Shown here: positions 16,179-24,556 of the stretch, piece by piece
Position numbering within the stretch: position 1 is the stretch's first letter
How the letters are laid out: every line of letters begins with the position of its first letter
Source of the DNA: a bacterium
GTDB taxonomy: Bacteria > UBP7 > UBA6624 > JBBIMK01
DNA: 32,000 bases
Direction of reading: 5' to 3'
NCBI GenBank assembly: GCA_037444445.1
Contig: JBBIMK010000003.1
Location: forward strand, 60,572-92,571
Program-made: the position numbers and the translations under genes
The notes under the pieces: model-generated
Database searches by the model: none
What the model was told of the DNA's origin: nothing
What the model saw: only the letters and a program-made list of their open reading frames with translations

Positions 16179-16724
16179 ATGGTCAAACAGCGGAGAATGA
16201 TTTTTCTCGTTGTGTTCGTGATACTCATCTATGCGAGTCACCTGGAGCAACTGCCCAGGTTTTCCTCCAAAGATATGGAGGGGAAAGCCATTACGATGGA
16301 GGACTTATTGAAAACTCCACGAGTTTATGTTCTGGATTTCTGGGCTCTATGGTGTCGGGATTGCCTTCAGTTTATGCCCCATCTCCAGGACTTGAAAAAG
16401 AAATATAAAGAATCTTTATTGATTGTCTCTGTGAATAATGACACCACCCAGAAAGCCTCCGAAGTGCGTTCTTACATAAAAGGGAAGAAATATGATTTCC
16501 TCGTCATTATGGATTCGGATTTCAAGGTGAAGAATCTGTTAAAAATCCAATTCTATCCTACCTTGCTGGTGGTGAACCATACGGGGAAGATTGTTTATCG
16601 GCATTTTGGTGCTACGAAGAAAGCAGTTCTGGAAAAGGAAATTGAAGAGTTAATCCAGAAACTCCCACCCAGAGCGAAGGAAGTCAGCCCGGAAAAGAGG
16701 CAGAAAAAAGATGATGCGGAATAA
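16179..16724 (+). CDS. membrane-anchored TlpA/ResA-like thiol-disulfide oxidoreductase
   Basis: 181-aa ORF. N-terminal anchor (IFLVVFVILIYA), then a thioredoxin fold with WCRDC (VLDFWALWCRDCLQFMPHL). Confidence 0.8.
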   Translation: MVKQRRMIFLVVFVILIYASHLEQLPRFSSKDMEGKAITMEDLLKTPRVYVLDFWALWCRDCLQFMPHLQDLKKKYKESLLIVSVNNDTTQKASEVRSYIKGKKYDFLVIMDSDFKVKNLLKIQFYPTLLVVNHTGKIVYRHFGATKKAVLEKEIEELIQKLPPRAKEVSPEKRQKKDDAE

Positions 16725-18069
16725 GTGGGTCGCTATTTTGATTTCCTGTGTAATGGTCGGAAGAAATTCCCTGAAGGCGGCGCCCCCTCAGTTCAGTGGT
16801 AGCCTTTATCTCAAGGGGTCAGGAAATCAACTTTCTTTGACCCGGAAAGCGGAGGAAGAACTGATCCTCATTTTCACGAAAAACTCCCTTCAGGGTGGGA
16901 TTCGCCTGGATAATTATCATCCATTCCCGAACCGAACTCGTGTGATGAAATGGCGAGAAGGTTATCTGGGATACTTGAAAGGAAATTGGGAAATTCGGGC
17001 GGGAGATTTCACTGAGACTTTTGGCCACGGTATCCTTCTCTCTTCCTACCGGTTTAAGGAATTGGATGTGGACACCCTGCTCCGGGGCGTGCGTGGAAAG
17101 TTTACACAGGGGCGGGGAGTGTTCACCGCATTCTCAGCGGAAGGAAGAGAAAAACGCAAGAACCATTGCCTCACCGGTGCTCACTTGTCTTATGAATTTT
17201 CCCCAAAATTGCGCGGGGGAATGAGTGCCATTTCTGCGAAAATTCCAACTCCAGTGGAGGAAGGAAAGCAGTCCCTCTGGGGGGCCGATGCTCAATATTC
17301 CTCTCCCAGTTGGGATGCCTCTTTAGAATACACTTCATTGGTGAAAAAGGGGTTAACCCCTAAAAAGGGGCACTCTCTCTATGCCGATTTCAATTGGTAT
17401 GCCCTGCGCCCCTTCACCGTATCTTTCGCATGGAAAAATTACCGAAATATCAATTACCCTTATGCTCTGGGTCCCACACTGAAATCCAATTTTGAAACCG
17501 CTAACTACGATGATGAGATGGGATTTCAGGCGACGGTGCTGTATGCCCCATCCCCCTCTCTGGAAGTGAAGATGAGCCATAATGAATCAAATAATTCTAC
17601 TGATACTTTTCCCTTCCGTGAGAATGAATTTACCGTGCGGATATTTCCCGAGGGCAAAACGCGGGAGGTATATGGATGGTTTCGCGACAAGTATGACCCT
17701 GGAGATACTGAAGTGGATTTTGAACTGGATGTAACCCATGACCTTACAGCCTCTACCAGCCTCGTTTTTCAATGGTATAGCGAGGACCATACGCCTTCTT
17801 TTCAGCGGTATAAAGTCCGAGCGGGGGCTGTCGGTTTTTTTCTGGATAACAACCGCTACTATGTAGGATACACGGCCCAGAAAACAACCCGCGCCTCGGA
17901 ACCCCAGCGGGACTGGGGTTTTCTGGAGTGCCATTACAATCCCACTAACGCTATGAAAATTCAGTTGTTCTGGGGGTCAGACCGAGGAGGCAGGCAGTGC
18001 ACCTCGGGCATTTGTGTCATCCGCCCACCTATGGAAGGCTCCCGCCTGGAAATCACCTCCTTTTTCTAA
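16711..18069 (+). CDS. putative outer-membrane beta-barrel protein
   Basis: 452-aa ORF. Signal peptide (WVAILISCVMVGRNSLKA). Alternating-hydrophobic, Tyr/Gly-rich strands throughout. C-terminal ...RLEITSFF ends in the aromatic residue typical of OMPs. Overlaps the redoxin gene by 14 nt. Confidence 0.6.
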   Translation: MMRNKWVAILISCVMVGRNSLKAAPPQFSGSLYLKGSGNQLSLTRKAEEELILIFTKNSLQGGIRLDNYHPFPNRTRVMKWREGYLGYLKGNWEIRAGDFTETFGHGILLSSYRFKELDVDTLLRGVRGKFTQGRGVFTAFSAEGREKRKNHCLTGAHLSYEFSPKLRGGMSAISAKIPTPVEEGKQSLWGADAQYSSPSWDASLEYTSLVKKGLTPKKGHSLYADFNWYALRPFTVSFAWKNYRNINYPYALGPTLKSNFETANYDDEMGFQATVLYAPSPSLEVKMSHNESNNSTDTFPFRENEFTVRIFPEGKTREVYGWFRDKYDPGDTEVDFELDVTHDLTASTSLVFQWYSEDHTPSFQRYKVRAGAVGFFLDNNRYYVGYTAQKTTRASEPQRDWGFLECHYNPTNAMKIQLFWGSDRGGRQCTSGICVIRPPMEGSRLEITSFF

Positions 18070-18122
18070 CTCTTCCTCCCCTTTTCACTTGCTCTCGCAC
18101 TTCCTTCCAGGATATGCGAAAC

Positions 18123-18153
18123 TTGACCGGGTATGGCCAATTCATGGTAAAAT
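18123..18153 (+). promoter_or_regulatory. promoter candidate for the peroxiredoxin gene
   Basis: TTGACC (18123-18128) and an extended -10 TGgTAAAAT (18145-18153). The spacer is 19 nt, which is long. Confidence 0.3.
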
Positions 18154-18167
18154 AAAAAAGCGGAGAG

Positions 18168-18749
18168 GTGAGTGTTATGATGCATCAGAGAGAAACCTTC
18201 ACAATTTTATGGGTTCTGGTAATTTCGGCAGGAATGGCTGGTGGAGTCCTCAAGGATAAGAGCACCGGTAAGGGCTTACGGGTAGGGGATACAGCCCCTG
18301 ATTTTTCTCTCCCTTATGCTACGAAAGAAAAGATTGAACTCTTTCAGCCCTGGAAACTCTCGGAACATCTGGGGCAAAAAGCCATTGTTCTGGCTTTCTA
18401 TCCCGCGGATTGGAGCCCCGGATGCACGAAAGAGGTGTGCACCTTCCGGGATAATTTCTCTGCTCTGGTGGAACTGGATGCTTATGTGGTGGGGATTAGC
18501 GGGGATTATGTTTTTTCTCACCACGAGTGGGCGAAAAATCAATCTCTCCCCTTCCCTTTATTATCAGACCACGACCACAAAGTTGCTCGCCTTTACCAGA
18601 GTTATGATGAGAAAATGGGCTATAACAAACGAACTGTGTTCATTGTGGATAAAAAGGGCAAGATCCGTTATATGAACCTCGCATACTCCGTGGCGGATGA
18701 CAGGGATTTTGAAACCTTGAAAGATGCGTTAAAAAAATTAACTTCCTGA
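18168..18749 (+). CDS. exported Bcp/PrxQ-type peroxiredoxin
   Basis: 193-aa ORF. N-terminal signal/anchor (FTILWVLVISAGMAGG). AhpC/TSA motif FYPADWSPGCTKEVC (PxxxSxxC with C-x4-C). The likely start is ATG 18177, 8 nt after GGAGAGG. Confidence 0.85.
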   Translation: MSVMMHQRETFTILWVLVISAGMAGGVLKDKSTGKGLRVGDTAPDFSLPYATKEKIELFQPWKLSEHLGQKAIVLAFYPADWSPGCTKEVCTFRDNFSALVELDAYVVGISGDYVFSHHEWAKNQSLPFPLLSDHDHKVARLYQSYDEKMGYNKRTVFIVDKKGKIRYMNLAYSVADDRDFETLKDALKKLTS

Positions 18750-18768
18750 AATTTTTCGGATTCCCTTC

Positions 18769-18777
18769 TGTTATAAT
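18769..18777 (+). promoter_or_regulatory. extended -10 promoter candidate immediately upstream of murQ
   Basis: TGtTATAAT (18769-18777), only 9 nt before ATG 18787. Confidence 0.3.
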
Positions 18778-18786
18778 CGGGGTAGA

Positions 18787-19671
18787 ATGCTGGATGTGAC
18801 TGAGGATATTTATCCGGAAGGGAAAGATATTGACTTAAAAAGCCCCAGAGAAATCTTGCAAATACTTTTTGAGGCTGACCGCACTGTGGATGAAGCGATA
18901 GCCCGCGCATTACCGGAGATTGAGAAGGCAGCCACAGAATTTGCGGATACATACCGTAGGGGAGGACGCGTGATGTATGTCGGGTCTGGAACCTCTGGCA
19001 GGCTGGCTGTAGCGGATGCCGCTGAACTGGAGCCCACCTTTTCAGTGGAACCCGGGCGGGTCTTCGCCATGATTGCAGGCGGATATGAAGCCCTGGTTCA
19101 TCCACAGGAAGGAGCGGAAGACGATGCGGAAGCGGGTGCTGCGCTTTTAGACCTCCTTTCTCTTACGCCTGCAGACCTGGTTCTGGGTATCACTTCTTCT
19201 GGCAGAACTCCCTTCGTAGTCGCTTGTTTGCAGGAAGCTTTCGGGCGACATATAGGTACCGTTGGCATTTTTAATAACCCAGAGGCACCCATTCGCCAGT
19301 TCTGTCGGATTCCTGTATTTTTGGATACAGGTCCAGAAGTTATTGCTGGTTCAACTCGCATGAAAGCGGGGGTGGCACAAAAACGAGTTCTGCATATGAT
19401 TTCTACCACTGCGATGATTCTATGCGGGAAGGTGTTCAGCCACTGGATGGTGGAAGTGAAAGCGGGGAGTGAAAAACTTCGCCGCCGCGCACGACTCATC
19501 CTTAAACATTTTTCCTCTCGCTCAGAAGCAGAACTCTCCTCCCTGTTAGAACAGGTTCACTATGAAGTGAAAACAGCTATCCTGATGGAGCAGAAAGGAA
19601 TCTCTGCCGGGGAAGCGAGACAACGCCTTCGCCTGTGCGGTGGAAGTCTTCGGCATGCCCTCAGAATATAA
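18787..19671 (+). CDS. murQ: N-acetylmuramic acid 6-phosphate etherase
   Basis: 294-aa ORF. SIS-domain pattern close to MurQ: YVGSGTSGRLAVADAAELEPTF, GITSSGRTPFVV, AGSTRMKAGVAQKRVLHMIST, GKVFSHWMVEVKAGSEKL. Confidence 0.85.
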   Translation: MLDVTEDIYPEGKDIDLKSPREILQILFEADRTVDEAIARALPEIEKAATEFADTYRRGGRVMYVGSGTSGRLAVADAAELEPTFSVEPGRVFAMIAGGYEALVHPQEGAEDDAEAGAALLDLLSLTPADLVLGITSSGRTPFVVACLQEAFGRHIGTVGIFNNPEAPIRQFCRIPVFLDTGPEVIAGSTRMKAGVAQKRVLHMISTTAMILCGKVFSHWMVEVKAGSEKLRRRARLILKHFSSRSEAELSSLLEQVHYEVKTAILMEQKGISAGEARQRLRLCGGSLRHALRI

Positions 19672-20857
19672 TTCTTGTCTTTTTCTTGGAATGCAATCCG
19701 GAACCTCCATGGATGGTGTGGATGTGGCTCTGGTGCGTATTCAGGATGGCAATACACCGGGCATTCAACTCCTTCGCTTCCAGGTCTATCCCTACCTGGA
19801 TGTCCTCCGAGATGAATTGTGGAAAGCCGTTTCCAGTGTGAAAACGCCTCAGGATGTCCCGACCGGTCTTCACGATACGCTGGGGGAATTTTTCAGTCAG
19901 TGTGCCTTTCGTTTTCTGCAGGATGTAAAGGAAGAAGTGAAAGCCATAGGTTCTCACGGACAAACGGTGTTGCACCGACCCAAAAAAGGCTATTCCATTC
20001 AATTGGGGAATCCCCAAATCATTTCCACGCTCACGGGCTTACCGGTAGTAGCAAATTTCCGTGAGGCGGATATTCAGGCTGGCGGGGAGGGGGCCCCTTT
20101 AACTCCGCTATTGGATTTTTATCTCTTTTCTCACCCGGAGAAGGGCAGAGTCCTCGTCAATCTGGGGGGTATCTGTAATCTCACCTATCTACCCCCCGGA
20201 GGCACGAAGGAAGATGTGCTCGGATTTGATGCAGGACCGGCGAACACTTTGCTTGACCGGGTTATCCGAGAATCCTCAAAATCCGTTGGAGAGCCCTCCA
20301 CGCGGGCAGGCACGAAAGTTTATGACTTAAATGGACGATGGGCTCAGCAGGGCAGGGTGGATGAACAATTTGTGATGGAAAGTCTCCAGCATCCTTATTT
20401 TCTCCAGCCTCCTCCCAAAAGTGCTGACATCCGTGATTTTGATGAGGTATATGCTGAACTTCTGCAAAGAAAAAAGGCTCAAAAGTTGTCAGATTTCTAT
20501 GATTTGTGTGCCACCCTTACAGAATTCGTTGCTCGGGCATTGGAGAAGGAAATCGTTCAGTTTATCCCGGGCCCCGTTGATGAAATCTACCTGACGGGTG
20601 GAGGAGCATTCAACCCCGTCCTCGTTCATCGGATTCAATCCACATTTCAAAAGAAAGGAATCACCGCGATGGTAGGGCTTCCAGACATTCATACGGGTTC
20701 AACCCGCTCTTTTCATCATAAAGCGAAAGAAGCGGTTCTGTTTGCCCTTCTTGCTCATCATCGCATCCATCGTATTCCGGCGAATCTACCGCGAGTAACG
20801 GGAGCATCCCACGAAGTGCTTCTCGGGAATATCTACGAGCCGGTTCCCGTGGCTTAA
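19640..20857 (+). CDS. anmK: anhydro-N-acetylmuramic acid kinase
   Basis: N-terminal GMQSGTSMDGVDVALV, then GSHGQTVLHRP, GGEGAPLTP, PPPKSADIRDF, and NLPRVTGASHEVLLGNIY at the C-terminus, as in AnmK. The probable start is ATG 19655, overlapping the murQ end. Confidence 0.85.
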   Translation: MEVFGMPSEYNSCLFLGMQSGTSMDGVDVALVRIQDGNTPGIQLLRFQVYPYLDVLRDELWKAVSSVKTPQDVPTGLHDTLGEFFSQCAFRFLQDVKEEVKAIGSHGQTVLHRPKKGYSIQLGNPQIISTLTGLPVVANFREADIQAGGEGAPLTPLLDFYLFSHPEKGRVLVNLGGICNLTYLPPGGTKEDVLGFDAGPANTLLDRVIRESSKSVGEPSTRAGTKVYDLNGRWAQQGRVDEQFVMESLQHPYFLQPPPKSADIRDFDEVYAELLQRKKAQKLSDFYDLCATLTEFVARALEKEIVQFIPGPVDEIYLTGGGAFNPVLVHRIQSTFQKKGITAMVGLPDIHTGSTRSFHHKAKEAVLFALLAHHRIHRIPANLPRVTGASHEVLLGNIYEPVPVA

Positions 20858-20861
20858 AAAA

Positions 20862-21638
20862 TTAGGAGCGGTAGGAGTAATTGTGTGAGGCGGGTGAGCC
20901 TGCGGAAGTCGGGTGTGTGGCAGGAGGCTGGAAGTAGTCCGATAAAGTGATGAACTCATATCCTTGACGTTTCAGATGAGTGAGGATAATGGGAAGAGCG
21001 TGGAGGGTGGCTTCTCGGTCTCCCCCTTCATACTTCATCAAATTTCCGCCATCGTGAAAAAGAAGAATGCAACCATTGGAAACCTTCCGAACGATACGCC
21101 GGGCAATGCGATGAGGCGTTACCTCTGGCATCCAGTCCTCACTGCTGAGAGTCCACAGGACTGTTTCCATGCAGAGGTGTTTGGCAACTTTTATGGCAGT
21201 GTCTGAATACATGCCCCTGGGAGGGCGGAAATAACGCGGAGCTACCCCGGTTGCCACTGTAATAATTCTTTGTGCCTTGCGGAGTTCCCGCTCTACGGTG
21301 TAATAACTCCCGGGAGTAAGATTCCGATGGCTGTAAGTGTGATTCCCGATTTCATGCCCTTCACGGACTATTCGCTGGGCAATTTCAGGATACCGAGCCA
21401 CTGCCTTCCCCACGAGGAAGAAAACTGCTTTGACGCCGTGGGCTCTGAGAATATCCAGAATATAAGGAGTATACCGAGGGTCAGGCCCATCATCAAAGGT
21501 GAGCACCACCTTTTTGGGTTTTCCATTCAGACGCCGTAGAATGTTTGGCTGCCTGCCAAATCCGTGATACACATAGTAGTTCAACCCTACCAGAAGAATC
21601 ACGCTCGCCAGCGTGACCTGAACCAGCATGCCATCCAT
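20862..21638 (-). CDS. membrane-anchored polysaccharide deacetylase (NodB homology domain)
   Basis: 258-aa ORF. N-terminal TM, then VVLTFDDGPDPRYTPYILDIL, GHEIGNHTYSH and RPPRG motifs. Confidence 0.85.
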   Translation of the reverse strand: MDGMLVQVTLASVILLVGLNYYVYHGFGRQPNILRRLNGKPKKVVLTFDDGPDPRYTPYILDILRAHGVKAVFFLVGKAVARYPEIAQRIVREGHEIGNHTYSHRNLTPGSYYTVERELRKAQRIITVATGVAPRYFRPPRGMYSDTAIKVAKHLCMETVLWTLSSEDWMPEVTPHRIARRIVRKVSNGCILLFHDGGNLMKYEGGDREATLHALPIILTHLKRQGYEFITLSDYFQPPATHPTSAGSPASHNYSYRS

Positions 21639-21687
21639 ACTGCCTCAGCCTCCAGAAGAAGACTGAATTGCCATCGCCGAGTATAGT

Positions 21688-21716
21688 ATTGTAACCCATG
21701 CCGGGTTGAAATGCAA
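21688..21716 (-). promoter_or_regulatory. sigma70-like promoter candidate for the deacetylase gene
   Basis: Read on the minus strand: TTGCAT (21716-21711), 17-nt spacer, TACAAT (21693-21688). About 50 nt upstream of ATG 21638. Confidence 0.4.
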
Positions 21717-21799
21717 TACTCTTTTGAATTGCTGTCAAATGAAACCGCTTCGGCAGTCCCAAAATGCTGGGATTCTTCGTGCTAAAGAAAAATTGAGAA

Positions 21800-22501
21800 T
21801 CAGGGTTCCTCGGTTAACATCTGGAGGTTTTTCGGTGATTTTATCACAATCTGGCGCGGAGTGTAATCAATCCATCCTTCTTTTTTCCACTCGCTCAGAA
21901 AGGTGCTGGCTGTTTCTCGGGCAAGGCCAGTCATATTGGCTATCTCCTGATGTGAAAGGCGCATGGCGAGCCAGGTTCCTTCCGATGGAGCCTGTCCATA
22001 TTCTTCTGCAAGGAAGAGTAAAAGGCGGGCAAGACGCGTCGGGGCACTCTTGAAAAGTAAATCCTTCAGGCGAATCTCAAGAATTTTTCTACGAAGGCCC
22101 ACCAATTTTATAAACTTCAGGGAAAGATAGGGCTTTTCCTGAAGAAGCCTTTGAAAATCATCTCTGGGCATGATGCAAAGATAGGTCTCTTCCATTGCCA
22201 TTGCCTGTTCCTCTCTTTCCTCTTCTCCCGCCACAGCCATTTCTCCAAAGATGTCCCCTTCTTTCAGGATAGCGATGGTAAATTCTTTGCCTCCCTCTGT
22301 GATTCTGGAAATTTTTACCTTCCCCCGCTTAATCATATAGACGGCACTGGCAGGCGCCCCCGGAAGATAGATGATTTCTCCTCGCTGAAATATCTTCTCC
22401 CGTGAATGACGGTCAATGATGAGATAATCTGCATCGGGAATCCCCTGAAACAGGTTAATTTTGTGGAGATACCAGATTTTTTGTGCCTCCGGTTTTCCCA
22501 T
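21800..22501 (-). CDS. Crp/Fnr-family transcriptional regulator
   Basis: 233-aa ORF. N-terminal cNMP-binding beta-roll (GDIFGEMAV) and C-terminal HTH (LSHQEIANMTGLARETASTFLSEWKKEGWI). No N-terminal Fnr-type Cys cluster. Confidence 0.85.
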   Translation of the reverse strand: MGKPEAQKIWYLHKINLFQGIPDADYLIIDRHSREKIFQRGEIIYLPGAPASAVYMIKRGKVKISRITEGGKEFTIAILKEGDIFGEMAVAGEEEREEQAMAMEETYLCIMPRDDFQRLLQEKPYLSLKFIKLVGLRRKILEIRLKDLLFKSAPTRLARLLLFLAEEYGQAPSEGTWLAMRLSHQEIANMTGLARETASTFLSEWKKEGWIDYTPRQIVIKSPKNLQMLTEEP

Positions 22502-22648
22502 CTTCGTATCTCATAAAAGTATTATAACTCCACCTTTTTCTCTCACGAGGGGAACGAAATCTCATAATAGTCTCACTCACTGCTTACCTCTTCCTTCTGT
22601 TAAAATGAAGGCGATGGTAAAAAAATTCATCAGATGGATGTGTGAACC

Positions 22649-24556
22649 GTGAAGAAGATTTTGAAGGTGTGGATGGTTGTGATAGGTGTGCTGGTAATTT
22701 CTGCAGGAACCGAATCTCTCATCCCAGATGATGCGTGGAGGGCGCTGGACGATGCTTTGCAGTCGCTGAATATGACCCGACAGGACCTGGGCTTTGAGAA
22801 GAAGAATGCCCCCAGTATATTTCGCCTTCCCGTGGCAAATCTGGCGCTGGATAAACCGTTGGAACTTCCCTTCCTCGCTGATGCTTATTCCCGGAAAATC
22901 CGTGAAAGCACTCCACTTGCCCTTATCGGGATAGGTCGGGAAATCCTGATAGGCGATACAAATGTAAACCTTCTGATGCCGACTTCACCCCAGTTCCCTC
23001 GTGAATGGCAAGCAGGAGAGTTGCCTCCGGTTTTGAGAGAAATCCTGGTTCCGCTGGTTCAGGCCAGGGAAGAATCTGAAAAACTCCTGATGTCTGCCTT
23101 TTCCGGTTTAACCCAGCAACAGCAGGAAGCTCTCTTCTACACCGCCTCCCGGTTCATCTTTGATGATGAAGAAGAATTCCCACTTGATTTTTATAAAGGA
23201 AAGAAGCATCCGGCGGAAATCCAACCGAAAGAGGCGCTGACCCTGGTGGAAAAGGTGGATTTTCCACGCATCATTGATGCGGTGCAAGTAATGATGAAGG
23301 CAGTGGGAGAGGCAATGAACTCCTTCAAAAGGCTGGACCTGGATTCCATACCGGCGAGGATTTATGATTCAGAAGTGGGAGGGGCCTCTGTTTTCGTTCA
23401 GGAGACGCCGTTTGGTAAGATGGTCATCGGAGGCAACGGAAAGAACATCTACCGCTGTGGCTGCTGGCTGGTGATAGATTTGGGGGGCGACGATGAATAT
23501 GAGGGACGCTTAGCGGGTGGGCTGGGTGCCCAAATGCCCGTCAGCGTTGTGCTGGACCTGGGTGGAAATGACCTCTACCGCTCCGGGGATATTTCCCTCG
23601 GTGCGGGATATTTTGGTATCGGAATTCTCTACGATGTGAGCGGTAATGATGTCTATCGGGGGCATCGGATTACCCTGGGCTCAGGTTTCTTCGGCGCTGG
23701 GACGCTGGTAGATGAGGCAGGTGATGACCTCTATGCGGCAGATGTATTCGCTGAAGGAGCCGGAGGCTTTGGTGTTGGAATTTTGCAGGATTCCGCCGGC
23801 GAAGACTTTTATCGTGGAAGCCTCTTCGCCCAGGGGTTCGGGTTCACTTTAGGAGCAGGTATCCTGTCTGACTCCACCGGAAATGACCTGTATTACGCCG
23901 GTGGCAAAATCCTCCACCAACCCCTTTATGCTGATGTCTACCGGAGTTTATCTCAGGGCTTCGCCATAGGGATGCGGGATTTGGAAGTGGGGGGTGGCGT
24001 GGGCATCCTCTGGGATGGCGTCGGAAATGATGCCTATATTGCTCAAGTCTATTGCCAGGGCTCCAGTTACTGGTATTCCCTCGGAATTCTTGTGGATGAG
24101 GCAGGAAACGATTCTTACTCCTGCTACATCTACGGACAGGGGGCTGGTATTCATCTCTCCAGCGGTATCCTCCTGGATAAATCCGGTAATGATGGCTATT
24201 ATCTCCAGGATGGCGTAGGGCAGGGTGGAGGCCACGACTGGGCTGTGGGTTTCCTCTACGATATGAAAGGGAACGATTATTACACCGGCGCAGGGCTCAG
24301 TCAGGGTAGCGGAAATGCCAATGGTGTAGGCATCCTTTTAGATTTATCCGGTAATGACGGTTACTCCGGTGTGAAACAGGGAATTCAAGGCGCTGGGAAC
24401 CCTGCAAGGGATTCCTATAGCATCGGTATTCTTCTGGACCTGGGTGGGAAGGATAAGTATTCCGACCAGGGGAAAGATAATTCTATGTGGAGCAGTTCTT
24501 CCTGGCCTACTTATGGCGTAGGAATTGACCGAGAAATGGGAGGGGAGAAAAAGTGA
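22649..24556 (+). CDS. secreted protein with 12 tandem ~26-28-aa Gly/Asp-rich (xLxDxxGNDxY) repeats, putative beta-solenoid
   Basis: 635-aa ORF with a GTG start. Signal peptide (VWMVVIGVLVISAG), a ~260-aa unique N-terminal region, then the repeat array (next feature). No named family recognised. Confidence 0.7.
   Translation: MKKILKVWMVVIGVLVISAGTESLIPDDAWRALDDALQSLNMTRQDLGFEKKNAPSIFRLPVANLALDKPLELPFLADAYSRKIRESTPLALIGIGREILIGDTNVNLLMPTSPQFPREWQAGELPPVLREILVPLVQAREESEKLLMSAFSGLTQQQQEALFYTASRFIFDDEEEFPLDFYKGKKHPAEIQPKEALTLVEKVDFPRIIDAVQVMMKAVGEAMNSFKRLDLDSIPARIYDSEVGGASVFVQETPFGKMVIGGNGKNIYRCGCWLVIDLGGDDEYEGRLAGGLGAQMPVSVVLDLGGNDLYRSGDISLGAGYFGIGILYDVSGNDVYRGHRITLGSGFFGAGTLVDEAGDDLYAADVFAEGAGGFGVGILQDSAGEDFYRGSLFAQGFGFTLGAGILSDSTGNDLYYAGGKILHQPLYADVYRSLSQGFAIGMRDLEVGGGVGILWDGVGNDAYIAQVYCQGSSYWYSLGILVDEAGNDSYSCYIYGQGAGIHLSSGILLDKSGNDGYYLQDGVGQGGGHDWAVGFLYDMKGNDYYTGAGLSQGSGNANGVGILLDLSGNDGYSGVKQGIQGAGNPARDSYSIGILLDLGGKDKYSDQGKDNSMWSSSSWPTYGVGIDREMGGEKK
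23420..24466 (+). repeat. in-frame tandem coding repeats (protein-level periodicity about 26-28 residues)
   Basis: Units: IDLGGDDEY, LDLGGNDLY, YDVSGNDVY, VDEAGDDLY, QDSAGEDFY, SDSTGNDLY, WDGVGNDAY, VDEAGNDSY, LDKSGNDGY, YDMKGNDYY, LDLSGNDGY, LDLGGKDKY. Asp-to-Asp spacings, counted by hand, are 26,26,26,26,27,48,27,27,28,27,32 aa. Each unit also has a QG/GxG...hG half. Confidence 0.7.

Noticed and set aside
23420-24466. Periodic sequence that might be taken for a CRISPR or other non-coding repeat array, or for canonical RTX repeats.
   Set aside because: The periodicity is at the protein level, inside one long ORF. The DNA units are not identical and have no spacers, so it is not CRISPR. The ~26-28-aa period does not fit the 9-aa RTX nonapeptide, so I did not call it RTX.
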